A stretch of DNA of 18,799 nt from Candidatus Iainarchaeum sp. (GCA_030649345.1 JAUSKK010000004.1:1-18799), one strand, 5' to 3'. Positions 7,532-15,708 are shown, numbered from the stretch's first letter. The notes: a model not told the origin generated them from the sequence alone. Numbers and translations are program-made.

Positions 7532-7548
7532 AAAAAAATTTCATTTAT

Positions 7549-7806
7549 ATGGCTTGGTTTACAATATTCAGACAATTAGAACAATTAACAGATACTTTCC
7601 CAGTATGGCTCAAAATAGTAATTGGCATATTTTTTCTGAGTTTTTCAATAGTTTCAGTTTATGGAAGAATAAATATAAATTTTGGAAACAAAATTTTTTC
7701 AAGAATACCTAAAGACCAAATTAGAACCAACCTTTTTCACATTTTTCAATACACAATAATTCCAGTTTTAGTAACCGTATACTACTTTTATTTAGCATTT
7801 TTCTAA
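7549..7806 (+). CDS. Small hypothetical membrane protein (85 aa, two predicted hydrophobic helices)
   Basis: ORF with two hydrophobic stretches (VWLKIVIGIFFLSFSIVSVY and IFQYTIIPVLVTVYYFYLAFF). No recognisable family. Confidence 0.45.
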   Translation: MAWFTIFRQLEQLTDTFPVWLKIVIGIFFLSFSIVSVYGRININFGNKIFSRIPKDQIRTNLFHIFQYTIIPVLVTVYYFYLAFF

Positions 7807-7853
7807 ACCAAGAAAACAAAAAAGATAATAACTCTATGAATACTAATTAGTAT

Positions 7854-8663
7854 ATGCTATCTCAAAAAAGACAATTGAGAAAAATTGTTCAAAGACAAGC
7901 GCGCAAAGGAGTCATTAAACCAGTACGCGGAAAACATGGGTTAAAGACAGGTTTTATTAATTCGAGAAGAGAAGAACTAAATATTGCAGTTCGAAATGCA
8001 CGCGAACAAAAAATGCCTGGTGGCGGAGTCTATGGAACATTTGGTCACCATTATGGCCTAACAGAGACATTAAGAGTAACTCCTTCATTTAACAACTTTA
8101 TTGAAAATAAAATTCGAGAACTTAAAAGAAAACAAAAAAAGAAACCGAATGCACGCTTACGTTGGTTGGATATTGGTCCAGGAAACCCGGGCAAATTCAT
8201 GACTTATTTTAAAGAAATTGATCCAGCAAGAAATAAAATAGACTTACATACTTTGAGCCCAGATCAAGTTAATCCAAAAACAGAAAGAACACTGGAACGA
8301 AAGCCAATGCAGTTCACCCGGGGGAAAGGAACTATTGCACGAAATGAACCCAATCCAGGATATGAACCAACACTACAGCATCACGTAGGTGCAGTTGAAA
8401 CTTACAATATGCAAAGATTGGGAAGATTTGATGTCATTGTATCAATCATGGGCGGAATATATTACACAAAACATCCTTCTGAAACTTTACGCAAAGTTAG
8501 TGCAAATTTAGCCGTAGATGGAAAAGCATTTATGGATTTTAAAAATGAAAACTTTAGAAAAATTGAAAATGTATTAGAGAAAATGAACAGAGAAGGATTT
8601 GAAACAAGCACAATTCAAATTGGTGGAAGGCGCAGGTTACTAATTATAACTCGAAATAGATAA
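7854..8663 (+). CDS. Hypothetical protein, class I SAM-dependent methyltransferase-like fold with a basic N-terminal extension
   Basis: Motif I-like LRWLDIGPGNPG. Later FDVIVSIMGGIYYTKHPSETLRKVSANLAVDGKAFM resembles the post-motif II/III region of Rossmann-fold methyltransferases. The N-terminal 50 aa or so are Lys/Arg rich. TATA-like AAAGATAATAA is centred about 27 nt upstream of the ATG. Confidence 0.55.
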   Translation: MLSQKRQLRKIVQRQARKGVIKPVRGKHGLKTGFINSRREELNIAVRNAREQKMPGGGVYGTFGHHYGLTETLRVTPSFNNFIENKIRELKRKQKKKPNARLRWLDIGPGNPGKFMTYFKEIDPARNKIDLHTLSPDQVNPKTERTLERKPMQFTRGKGTIARNEPNPGYEPTLQHHVGAVETYNMQRLGRFDVIVSIMGGIYYTKHPSETLRKVSANLAVDGKAFMDFKNENFRKIENVLEKMNREGFETSTIQIGGRRRLLIITRNR

Positions 8664-8664
8664 A

Positions 8665-9531
8665 TTATTTGAAGTCAATTTCTTGGTTTAGTTTTTCTAA
8701 AGCACGCATGCTGGCTAAAGCAAATTCTTCGGGATTGTTTTGTTTTTGCCAAGCATAATTTAATTCAGAAGAAGAATTAATTCGAACAAAACGTAAATCA
8801 ATTCTGGAATTGGTTAAAACTTGCAATACTTCTTTTGCACTCCCGCCTTGCGTTCCTACTCCTGGAATCAAAAAAGGAACTGGTTTGACTTCAGCTGAAC
8901 TATAAAACAAAGACAAGTTTTCGAGTTCTTGTAAAGAAGTTGCACCAATTACAACGCCTAAATTGCCTTTACAGTTTTTGCCCCAGTCTAAGACTTTTTG
9001 AGCAATGCGTTCAAACAAAAAACCATTATTAGCAATCACTTGAGTTTGAAAATCTTGAGCTCCAGCATTCGAAGTTCGATTCAAAATATACAATCCTTTG
9101 CCGTCTTTTTCTGCACGTTCAATAAATGGCTGTACACTATCATAGCCCATGAAAGGACTTAAAGTCACAGCATCTGCTTTCCAGAAATCAAAACATTCCT
9201 TTACATAGGCTTTAGCGGTACTGCCAATATCTCCTCTTTTGACATCCAAAATTACAGGAAAATACAATTCATGGGCTAAAGTAATTACTTTTTCTAAAGC
9301 ATGCAAGCCCGGAAAACCATATTGGGCAAAAAAAGCATAATTGGGCTTAACACATGCTGGAAAAATTTCATGATCTTTAAAAGATTGAAAAATTTCAGAA
9401 TAAAATTTTACAATATCTTGTTCAATAGAATCTGTTTTGAATGGCAATTTTTCAAGAACTGGGTCCATTCCAAAGCAAACCAAAGATTTATTTTTTTCAG
9501 CGGACTGAATTAAGCTTTCTGAATAATTCAT
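8665..9531 (-). CDS. pyrF: Orotidine 5'-phosphate decarboxylase (long, type 2 form)
   Basis: FGMDP, KPNYAFF, ILDVKRGDIGSTAKAY, length 288 aa. TATA-like CTATTTAAAAC is centred 25 nt upstream of the ATG. Confidence 0.9.
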   Translation of the reverse strand: MNYSESLIQSAEKNKSLVCFGMDPVLEKLPFKTDSIEQDIVKFYSEIFQSFKDHEIFPACVKPNYAFFAQYGFPGLHALEKVITLAHELYFPVILDVKRGDIGSTAKAYVKECFDFWKADAVTLSPFMGYDSVQPFIERAEKDGKGLYILNRTSNAGAQDFQTQVIANNGFLFERIAQKVLDWGKNCKGNLGVVIGATSLQELENLSLFYSSAEVKPVPFLIPGVGTQGGSAKEVLQVLTNSRIDLRFVRINSSSELNYAWQKQNNPEEFALASMRALEKLNQEIDFK

Positions 9532-9563
9532 TTAAAGAAAACGAAAAGAACTATTTAAAACAG

Positions 9564-10283
9564 TTAGTGTTTAGTCTGCTTAGCTTGACTTAAATCAGTA
9601 ATCAATAAATCAAATTCTCGAGTTTTTGGATTAAATCGAACAGAAAAAGCTGAGCTTGGAATTTCCCAGCCTGCCTTTTGAGCTTGTAAATGAATGGCAT
9701 GAATTTCTACAAATTTTGCATTCAGTTTTCCTAAAAATTCAGTGGAAGATCTAGCAAAACCGGTTCCTGCAATATTTTTGTCATCAAATGGACTATGTCG
9801 TTTAATGGCTTCTTGAAATAAATTTTCAAAATTTACAACAGCACGTGTTCCGTGTTCAGATAAGTCTGAAAAAATTAAACTCGAAGCTTGTTTGGCTTCC
9901 AGTTTTAATCGAACAGTAGTTGGAAAATATTTTCTAGGAATCACTTGCATTAAAGAACGAAAAGCACGGAATTCTCTGCGAGCTGAAATCATATTTCTTT
10001 TTTTCACTCGGCCAACTTGGTCTTTTTTTTCAGGGTAAACTTTTTCAACAACAGAAACAGAATGAGCTGGTTTAAGAGTTCCTTGTTTTTCACGATACAC
10101 AACATATTTGCCGAGAACATTAACTGGTTTATAGTTTGCTTTAGGTTTGTCTGCCGGCATTTCTAAGCTTCCACGCAGCCAAGGTTTTCGAAGTTTAGGT
10201 TTGCCTATTTTTGGTTTTGCAGAAGTAGCTGGAATTAAGCGAAGATTAATTCGATGAAAACTTCTGGGTTTAACTGGCGGCAT
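9564..10283 (-). CDS. Hypothetical protein with a KPK-rich basic N-terminus (239 aa), lying between pyrE and pyrF
   Basis: Long ORF on the same strand as the flanking pyr genes. It has its own TATA-like box (minus-strand TTCTTTAAATAAAC) centred about 28 nt upstream of the ATG. No motif I recognise with confidence. Confidence 0.6.
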   Translation of the reverse strand: MPPVKPRSFHRINLRLIPATSAKPKIGKPKLRKPWLRGSLEMPADKPKANYKPVNVLGKYVVYREKQGTLKPAHSVSVVEKVYPEKKDQVGRVKKRNMISARREFRAFRSLMQVIPRKYFPTTVRLKLEAKQASSLIFSDLSEHGTRAVVNFENLFQEAIKRHSPFDDKNIAGTGFARSSTEFLGKLNAKFVEIHAIHLQAQKAGWEIPSSAFSVRFNPKTREFDLLITDLSQAKQTKH

Positions 10284-10326
10284 ATAGAATGTATGCAGTC
10301 AAGGTTTATTTAAAGAATAATGTCGG

Positions 10327-10926
10327 TTAGTTCTTTTTTTCCAAATAATCCAGTATTTCTTTAACTTTTTCATCTGAAAGTTTTCCATGCTTGTTTAATA
10401 CACTCAATAAGTGTTTGATTCCAATAACAGCATGTAGATTGTAGCCTTTTTCCTTTAAGGTTTTAGCTCCGCCTTGTTCTCGGTCTACTAAAACTAAAAT
10501 GTCTTTAATTTTCAATCCAGCTTCTTCTAAAGGCTGAATGGTTTCAAACTTGCTTCCACCGTCTGTAATTAAATCATCGATTACAAGAATGGTTTGCCCT
10601 TCTTTAAAGACACCTTCAATTTTTCGTTTGGTGCCATAATCTTTGGTTTCTTTGCGTGCATAAATTAAAGGCTTGTTTAATTCTTGAGATAACAAAGTTG
10701 CAATCGGCAAAGCAGTATACGGAATGCCGCACAAAGAATCATACTGTAAAGATTTAGCTTGAATGGCCATTTCTTGAGCAGTCATTTTTAGCACTAAAGG
10801 AAAACTGACTAGAACACGTAAGTCAATATAGATTGGGCTTTTAAGTCCACTTTTTAAAGTAAAATCTCCAAACTTGATTGCTCCAATTTCGTTTAATTTT
10901 AAACACAAATTTTCCAAATCAGACAT
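10327..10926 (-). CDS. pyrE: Orotate phosphoribosyltransferase
   Basis: PRPP-binding motif ILVIDDLITDGGSK, length 199 aa. The start abuts the pyrD stop (10926/10927). Confidence 0.92.
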   Translation of the reverse strand: MSDLENLCLKLNEIGAIKFGDFTLKSGLKSPIYIDLRVLVSFPLVLKMTAQEMAIQAKSLQYDSLCGIPYTALPIATLLSQELNKPLIYARKETKDYGTKRKIEGVFKEGQTILVIDDLITDGGSKFETIQPLEEAGLKIKDILVLVDREQGGAKTLKEKGYNLHAVIGIKHLLSVLNKHGKLSDEKVKEILDYLEKKN

Positions 10927-11871
10927 TTAGTCACCCCAAATTTTTAATTTTCCTCTAAAATCATTTAATGAAGTATACCCTTTTTCGTTCATGATTTGAA
11001 TTAATTCGTTCTCCATTTTTTCAAACACAGCAGTGCCTTGACGAATGTATGCTGTGCCAATTTGTACTGCATCTGCTCCGCATAAAATAAATTCAAATAC
11101 ATCTAAACCACACTCAATTCCGCCTACACCCATAATCTGGATTCCTGAATCTTTTAATAAATTATAAAAGCCCCAAACATTTCCTAAAGCCACTGGTTTA
11201 ATGGCTTTGCCTGTCAAACCAGCCAAGCCATTGTTGGGACGAATATATGTTTTTTCTGTTTTAGCATTCACCAGCAAAGATTCGCCTAAAGAATTAATTA
11301 AAGTTACTCCTTGAAACTTTGAATCAATTAACATTTTTGCAACCATTTTGCGTTGACTGGGATCCAAGTAAGCTGGAAGTTTTGCAAACAAAGGTTTGTC
11401 TGGAGCAGCTTCTCTGCAGGCTTTCATTAATTTTGGCAAGTATTCAAAATTATATGCAGCTTGGGGTTTGCCTTCAATATTCGGACAAGAAAAATTTACT
11501 TCAATAATATCTACTGCAGAATCATTGTAGGCTTTGCATAAAGTAATGTATTCTTCAAACGAAAAACCCAACAAAGAAGTAATCATAGGCTTAGTTGTTT
11601 TTTGTTTTACTTCCGGAGTAATTTGAATTAAATATTTGTAACCTTTGTTGGGCAAACCAATAGAATTCAAAGCAAATAATTCATCCTGCCAATACCGTGG
11701 AACTTTATTTCCATTCCGTTCTTCAATCGTAGTAGTTTTATACAGAACTGCGCCAGTCTTGGCTTCAGCTGTTTTGATAATATCCGGAATATCTGAACCA
11801 TAAATGCCAGAAGCATTAATCAAAGGATTCGGTAAATGAACTTTGGCCAATTTGACAGAAAGATCAACCAT
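10927..11871 (-). CDS. pyrD: Dihydroorotate dehydrogenase, class 1 (1A-like)
   Basis: NASG, PRY, NSIGLPN, NFSCPNIEGKPQAAYNFE (compare remembered Lactococcus DHOD-A LSCPNVPGKPQLAYDFE), GVGGI, IGTA. No pyrK-like gene is adjacent. Confidence 0.9.
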   Translation of the reverse strand: MVDLSVKLAKVHLPNPLINASGIYGSDIPDIIKTAEAKTGAVLYKTTTIEERNGNKVPRYWQDELFALNSIGLPNKGYKYLIQITPEVKQKTTKPMITSLLGFSFEEYITLCKAYNDSAVDIIEVNFSCPNIEGKPQAAYNFEYLPKLMKACREAAPDKPLFAKLPAYLDPSQRKMVAKMLIDSKFQGVTLINSLGESLLVNAKTEKTYIRPNNGLAGLTGKAIKPVALGNVWGFYNLLKDSGIQIMGVGGIECGLDVFEFILCGADAVQIGTAYIRQGTAVFEKMENELIQIMNEKGYTSLNDFRGKLKIWGD

Positions 11872-11890
11872 GCAAGAATTACAGTAAAAG

Positions 11891-11901
11891 TATTTAAAAA
11901 A
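11891..11901. promoter_or_regulatory. Single TATA-like box TATTTAAAAAA centred in the 50-bp divergent pyrD / orphan-gene spacer
   Basis: The spacer is 11872..11921. The box centre (about 11896) is 25 nt from the pyrD ATG (11871) and 26 nt from the plus-strand ATG (11922). Confidence 0.5.
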
Positions 11902-11921
11902 GAAAACCCTAGACAGTTAGA

Positions 11922-12578
11922 ATGATTGGAAGAAAAGGAATTAAACGATTTATTACATCCGGTGCCAAGCCAACAAGTCAAGGCTGGAAAGGTGGATGGG
12001 TTGGAGCTTTACGGCCAAAAGAAATGCTGTTAAGAAGAAGAGCTGTACAAACACTCAAACCGAAAGAAAAACGAAAATTAAAAAATTTGGTTATTGAGTC
12101 GCCCCATAGACAGACTGCAAGTCAAGGAATGAAAGTTACAGAACAACAAGCCAGGCAGACAATAGAGCAAATTTTTGAAAAAATTCAAGAAAAACACCCA
12201 AAAATACATTGTGCAGGATTTCCTGTTTTAGTCAAAGAAACAAGAGGAAAATCCAGCTGGAGCTTCCAGCAAGCCGAACGTTTGGCAATTCACCCAATAC
12301 TTATTACAGCCGAAAGCTTAACTGAAAGTGAGCAAAGAACAATTGTAAACGAAATAAAAGCATCACTAGATCCAGGGTATTCAAAACTTGCAATACTTTT
12401 TTTAACAGAAACAGAATTTAAAGAAAGAAATTTGAAAAGAACTTGGCATGGCGGAACTTGGAGAGAAGCATGGAAAAAATATGGAGACCAAGCACCCATT
12501 GAAGAAAAGGGATATGACGTATTTATTTTTGCAGGAGAAATAATTCCCGGCATTATTGCAAATGCATTCACACAATAG
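11922..12578 (+). CDS. Hypothetical protein with a basic N-terminus (218 aa)
   Basis: ORF with a leaderless-type promoter geometry. The N-terminal 60 aa or so are Lys/Arg rich (RKGIKRF...LRRRAVQTLKPKEKRKLKN). No recognisable motif. Confidence 0.55.
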   Translation: MIGRKGIKRFITSGAKPTSQGWKGGWVGALRPKEMLLRRRAVQTLKPKEKRKLKNLVIESPHRQTASQGMKVTEQQARQTIEQIFEKIQEKHPKIHCAGFPVLVKETRGKSSWSFQQAERLAIHPILITAESLTESEQRTIVNEIKASLDPGYSKLAILFLTETEFKERNLKRTWHGGTWREAWKKYGDQAPIEEKGYDVFIFAGEIIPGIIANAFTQ

Positions 12579-12597
12579 TTAAAAATTAGTTATGCGA

Positions 12598-13926
12598 TTA
12601 TTTCAAAATTAATTCTTTTCCTAAACTTTTTCCAATTACTTGATCTTCTGAAAACATTAAATTTCCGTTTACAACAGTGTGTAAAACTTTTCCTTTTAGT
12701 TTCCAGCCGTCAAACGGAGACCATTTGCATTTAGTAAATAATTCATCATTTTTCACAGCCCATTCTTGGCTTGCAGTTACTACAATTAAGTCAGCATCTT
12801 TTCCTTTTTCAATACTTCCTTTATTTTTTAAATTCAATAATTTTGCAGGATTCTGAGAACATACTTGAATGATTCGTTCTAAAGCAATATTCTTTTTATG
12901 AAATTCTGTCAAAAGCAAAGCAAGAGTTGTTTCTAAACCTGGAACACCGGAAGGAGCATTCCAATAATCTTGAGATTTTTCTTCAATTGTATGAGGCGCG
13001 TGATCTGTTGCAATTACATCAACTGCCCCAGAATTCAAAGCTTGCCATAAACTGGCACAATCTTGCTTGGATTTAAGCGAAGGATTTACTTTTGCAAAAT
13101 TTCCGAGCTTTTTATAATCCAGCTGAGACAAAAATAAATGATGCGGAGCAACCTCGCAGGAAACCAGCAAATTTGTTTTCTTGACTTGTTGAATTAATTC
13201 AATTCCAGCTTGACTGGAGATATGACAAAAATGAAGCTTATTTTGAAACTTTTTTTGAATATTCAATAAATATTTAATTTCCAAGACTTCAGCTTTCACA
13301 GTCCGAATTTTGGAATGCAATTCAACTGAATTCGCTTCATTTTTAAATTTTTCAATATTCTTTTTAATTTCTTGCTCATTTTCAACATGAACAAACACCA
13401 GTTTGTTAGACTGCTTTGCTGTTTGAAAAATTTTTTCTTGAACACTAATTTCTGCAACCAATAAATTGCCAGTAGTAGAACCAGCATACAATTTTCCGGA
13501 AACAACATTTTTTGCTTTTGCAAATTCATTGAAATTGCCAGAAGTTAAACCGAAATGAAACCCATAATTAATTAACGATTTTTTTGAAACCAATTTACGT
13601 TTTTCATTCAAGAGTTTTTCAGAAACAGTTGAAGGATCATTGTTGGGCATATCCATAACTGAAGTTACTCCACCAGCCAAAGCAGCCATAGAACCTGTTT
13701 TCCAGTCTTCTTTATGCTCTTGCCCTGGCGTTCTAAAATGCACGTGGACATCAATTAAACCAGGCAAAACAAGATTATTTTTGCAGTCTAAAACTTCATA
13801 TCCTTGCAGGGATTGCTTAGAGATTTCTGTGATTTTACCATTTAAAATTCCAAGATTAGCTTGAACTAATTTATTTTGAGTAAAAACTTTTCCGTTAACT
13901 AAAACGAGATCAAATTCTTGAACCAT
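12598..13926 (-). CDS. pyrC: Dihydroorotase
   Basis: LPGLIDVHVHFRTPG (HxH metal site), GGVTSVMDMPN, ATDHAPH, length 442 aa. The start lies 1 nt after the pyrB stop. Confidence 0.9.
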   Translation of the reverse strand: MVQEFDLVLVNGKVFTQNKLVQANLGILNGKITEISKQSLQGYEVLDCKNNLVLPGLIDVHVHFRTPGQEHKEDWKTGSMAALAGGVTSVMDMPNNDPSTVSEKLLNEKRKLVSKKSLINYGFHFGLTSGNFNEFAKAKNVVSGKLYAGSTTGNLLVAEISVQEKIFQTAKQSNKLVFVHVENEQEIKKNIEKFKNEANSVELHSKIRTVKAEVLEIKYLLNIQKKFQNKLHFCHISSQAGIELIQQVKKTNLLVSCEVAPHHLFLSQLDYKKLGNFAKVNPSLKSKQDCASLWQALNSGAVDVIATDHAPHTIEEKSQDYWNAPSGVPGLETTLALLLTEFHKKNIALERIIQVCSQNPAKLLNLKNKGSIEKGKDADLIVVTASQEWAVKNDELFTKCKWSPFDGWKLKGKVLHTVVNGNLMFSEDQVIGKSLGKELILK

Positions 13927-13927
13927 A

Positions 13928-15022
13928 TTATTCCACTAGTTTTCCGCAGTAATGGCAGTACAATTTTTGATTAACTGTTTCATGAATTTTGGGTTCTATG
14001 GATTCTTGATGAGAAATACAAGTTTTATTGGTGCATTGAATTTCAGAAATCAAGTTTAGTGAATTAACTGGTTTGTGTTTTTTAACTTTAATTAATTCTT
14101 GCAGTAAAGCTTGCCGAACTGGAATGGCATTCGCAGCCTGCTGAAAATACAAAGCATGCTCTGTTTCATCCACTTCTTGTGCAATTTCTGTAACGCGAGG
14201 CAAAGGATGCATAACCTTTAAATTTTTCTTAGCTGACTCCAGCAAAACTTTGTCTACAGTAATAAAATTTTTAGCTTGTTCAAAACTTTCATCTTCTGCA
14301 AAATATTCTTTCGGAATCCTGCCCATGTACAATACATCCAGTTCAGGCAATACTTTTTTCAAATCAGTAACTTCAACAAACGCATTATTGGATTTGGCTA
14401 AAATTTCCCGAATGGTTTTAGGCAAATCTAAATGACTTGGAGAAACCAAGTAAAGCGTAATATTTTTGAAACACGATAAAGCTAAAGCCAAAGAATGAAA
14501 TGGTCGATAATGTTTTAGGTCTCCGCACAAACCAATTTTTAATCCGTCAATTTTTTTGAATGATTCTTGAATGGTAAATAAATCCAGCAAAGTTTGAGTA
14601 GGGTGCTGGTTTCTGCCGTCGCCTGCATTAATTACAGGTTTTGAAATAGTGTCTGCGGCCAATCTTGCAGAACCATCCAAGGGATGGCGAATGACTACAA
14701 TATCGGCATAGCCTTCCACCATTTTTAAAGTATCTGTAAAACTTTCTCCTTTAACCAAAGAGGTTGTAGAAATGTCATCAAAGCCTATAACTGAACCGCC
14801 CAATTGCTGGACTGCACTAGCGAATGAAAGTTTTGTACGCGTACTGGGTTCAAAAAACAGCAAAGCAACAACTTTGCCTTTTAAAATTTGTGTTTTTTTA
14901 GAAACAGACAATTTCTGAATTTTTTGAGCTTGACTTAAAATGTGTTCAATTTGTGCTCTTGAAAAATCAGAAATAGAAACAACATCTTCCAAAGAAAATT
15001 TTTTGGAAAAATTGTTTTTCAT
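13928..15022 (-). CDS. pyrB: Aspartate carbamoyltransferase catalytic chain fused to a C-terminal PyrI-type zinc domain
   Basis: Catalytic motifs EPSTRTKLSF, HPTQTLLD, MHPLPR. The C-terminal 45 aa or so, ISEIQCTNKTCISHQESIEPKIHETVNQKLYCHYCGKLVE, match the remembered E. coli PyrI zinc domain (VCPNSNCISHAEPVSSSF...KCKYCEKEF). Confidence 0.9.
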   Translation of the reverse strand: MKNNFSKKFSLEDVVSISDFSRAQIEHILSQAQKIQKLSVSKKTQILKGKVVALLFFEPSTRTKLSFASAVQQLGGSVIGFDDISTTSLVKGESFTDTLKMVEGYADIVVIRHPLDGSARLAADTISKPVINAGDGRNQHPTQTLLDLFTIQESFKKIDGLKIGLCGDLKHYRPFHSLALALSCFKNITLYLVSPSHLDLPKTIREILAKSNNAFVEVTDLKKVLPELDVLYMGRIPKEYFAEDESFEQAKNFITVDKVLLESAKKNLKVMHPLPRVTEIAQEVDETEHALYFQQAANAIPVRQALLQELIKVKKHKPVNSLNLISEIQCTNKTCISHQESIEPKIHETVNQKLYCHYCGKLVE

Positions 15023-15030
15023 TATATCAC

Positions 15031-15615
15031 TTATTCGTTGATTAAGTCATCCAAAGATTTACCGGAACTTTTTACTTTAACACCATTAATTAATTCTGCG
15101 GCTTTCTTTAATCCTTTTTTTAATAAGTCTTCTCGTTTGGCTCCAGCACAAATAATCTTTCCATTCTTGAACAACAATAAAGTAATCTTAGGATCATCAA
15201 TTCGCAGAATTGCACCTGGAAATTGTTCAGGTTCATATTCTACATTTTCTAAAGTTAAAGCAGTTTTAAATAAGTCTAAAGTTTGATTCAAGTTAGCTGT
15301 AGCAACCAAGTTTACAATGGTATAATCTACATTTTTTTGAACTTTAATATTGGGTTGCAATTCATGAATTAATTTAGAAGCTTTACGAATTCCTGCAGCA
15401 ATTTCTTCTTCATTGTTGGCACCAGAACAAATAACTTTTCCATTTTTAAACAACAACATGGAAACTTTGGGTTCTTTTAATTTCAAAATAGCTCCAGGAA
15501 ATTGTTCAGGTTCATATTCAATATTGGGCAAAGAGCGTGCTAAATTGTATAAATCCAAAGTTCCTTTTAAATTAGCCGAAGCAACTAAATTCACAATCGT
15601 ATACTTTAACGCCAT
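15031..15615 (-). CDS. tbp: TATA-box binding protein
   Basis: Two tandem TBP repeats (IVNLVASANL...EYEPEQFPGAILKL...LLFKNGKVICSGA and IVNLVATANL...EYEPEQFPGAILRI...LLFKNGKIICAGA), 194 aa. TATA-like TTTTAAAAATTTAAAA lies about 23 nt upstream of the ATG. Confidence 0.95.
   Translation of the reverse strand: MALKYTIVNLVASANLKGTLDLYNLARSLPNIEYEPEQFPGAILKLKEPKVSMLLFKNGKVICSGANNEEEIAAGIRKASKLIHELQPNIKVQKNVDYTIVNLVATANLNQTLDLFKTALTLENVEYEPEQFPGAILRIDDPKITLLLFKNGKIICAGAKREDLLKKGLKKAAELINGVKVKSSGKSLDDLINE
15218..15519 (-). repeat. Intragenic direct repeat in tbp: identical 23-mers at 15218..15240 and 15497..15519
   Basis: ggaaattgttcaggttcatattc occurs twice, exactly 279 nt (93 codons) apart. Both copies encode EYEPEQFPG in the two TBP half-domains. 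Confidence 0.9.
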
Positions 15616-15708
15616 TTAAAAAACTCCGTTTTTTAAAAATTTAAAATTTGGGAAAAATTTTAAACCAAAAAAAATCATTCCTTTCTCTTAATTCTTCTAC
15701 ATACTTCC

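Noticed and set aside
9301-9513. 70-aa plus-strand ORF
   Set aside because: It is antisense to pyrF.
9564-10283. Idea that the 239-aa orphan is an atypical RIO/Bud32-like small kinase (ARREFRAFRSL and LLITDLSQAK vaguely resemble kinase segments)
   Set aside because: It has no glycine-rich loop, no HxD...N catalytic loop and no clear VAIK-type lysine. The resemblance is too weak to report as a call.
11319-11507. 62-aa plus-strand ORF
   Set aside because: It is antisense to pyrD.
12290-12571. 93-aa minus-strand ORF
   Set aside because: It is antisense to the 218-aa orphan gene. That gene has a correctly spaced promoter; this ORF has neither promoter geometry nor motifs. I hold this with less certainty than the others, because the sense gene is itself an orphan.
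13296-13864. 77-aa minus-strand and 74-aa plus-strand ORFs within pyrC
   Set aside because: They are in an alternative frame of, or antisense to, the well-supported dihydroorotase frame.
14250-14435. 61-aa plus-strand ORF
   Set aside because: It is antisense to pyrB.
15038-15619. 82-aa and 68-aa plus-strand ORFs
   Set aside because: They are antisense to the two TBP repeats. They resemble each other only because the TBP halves do.
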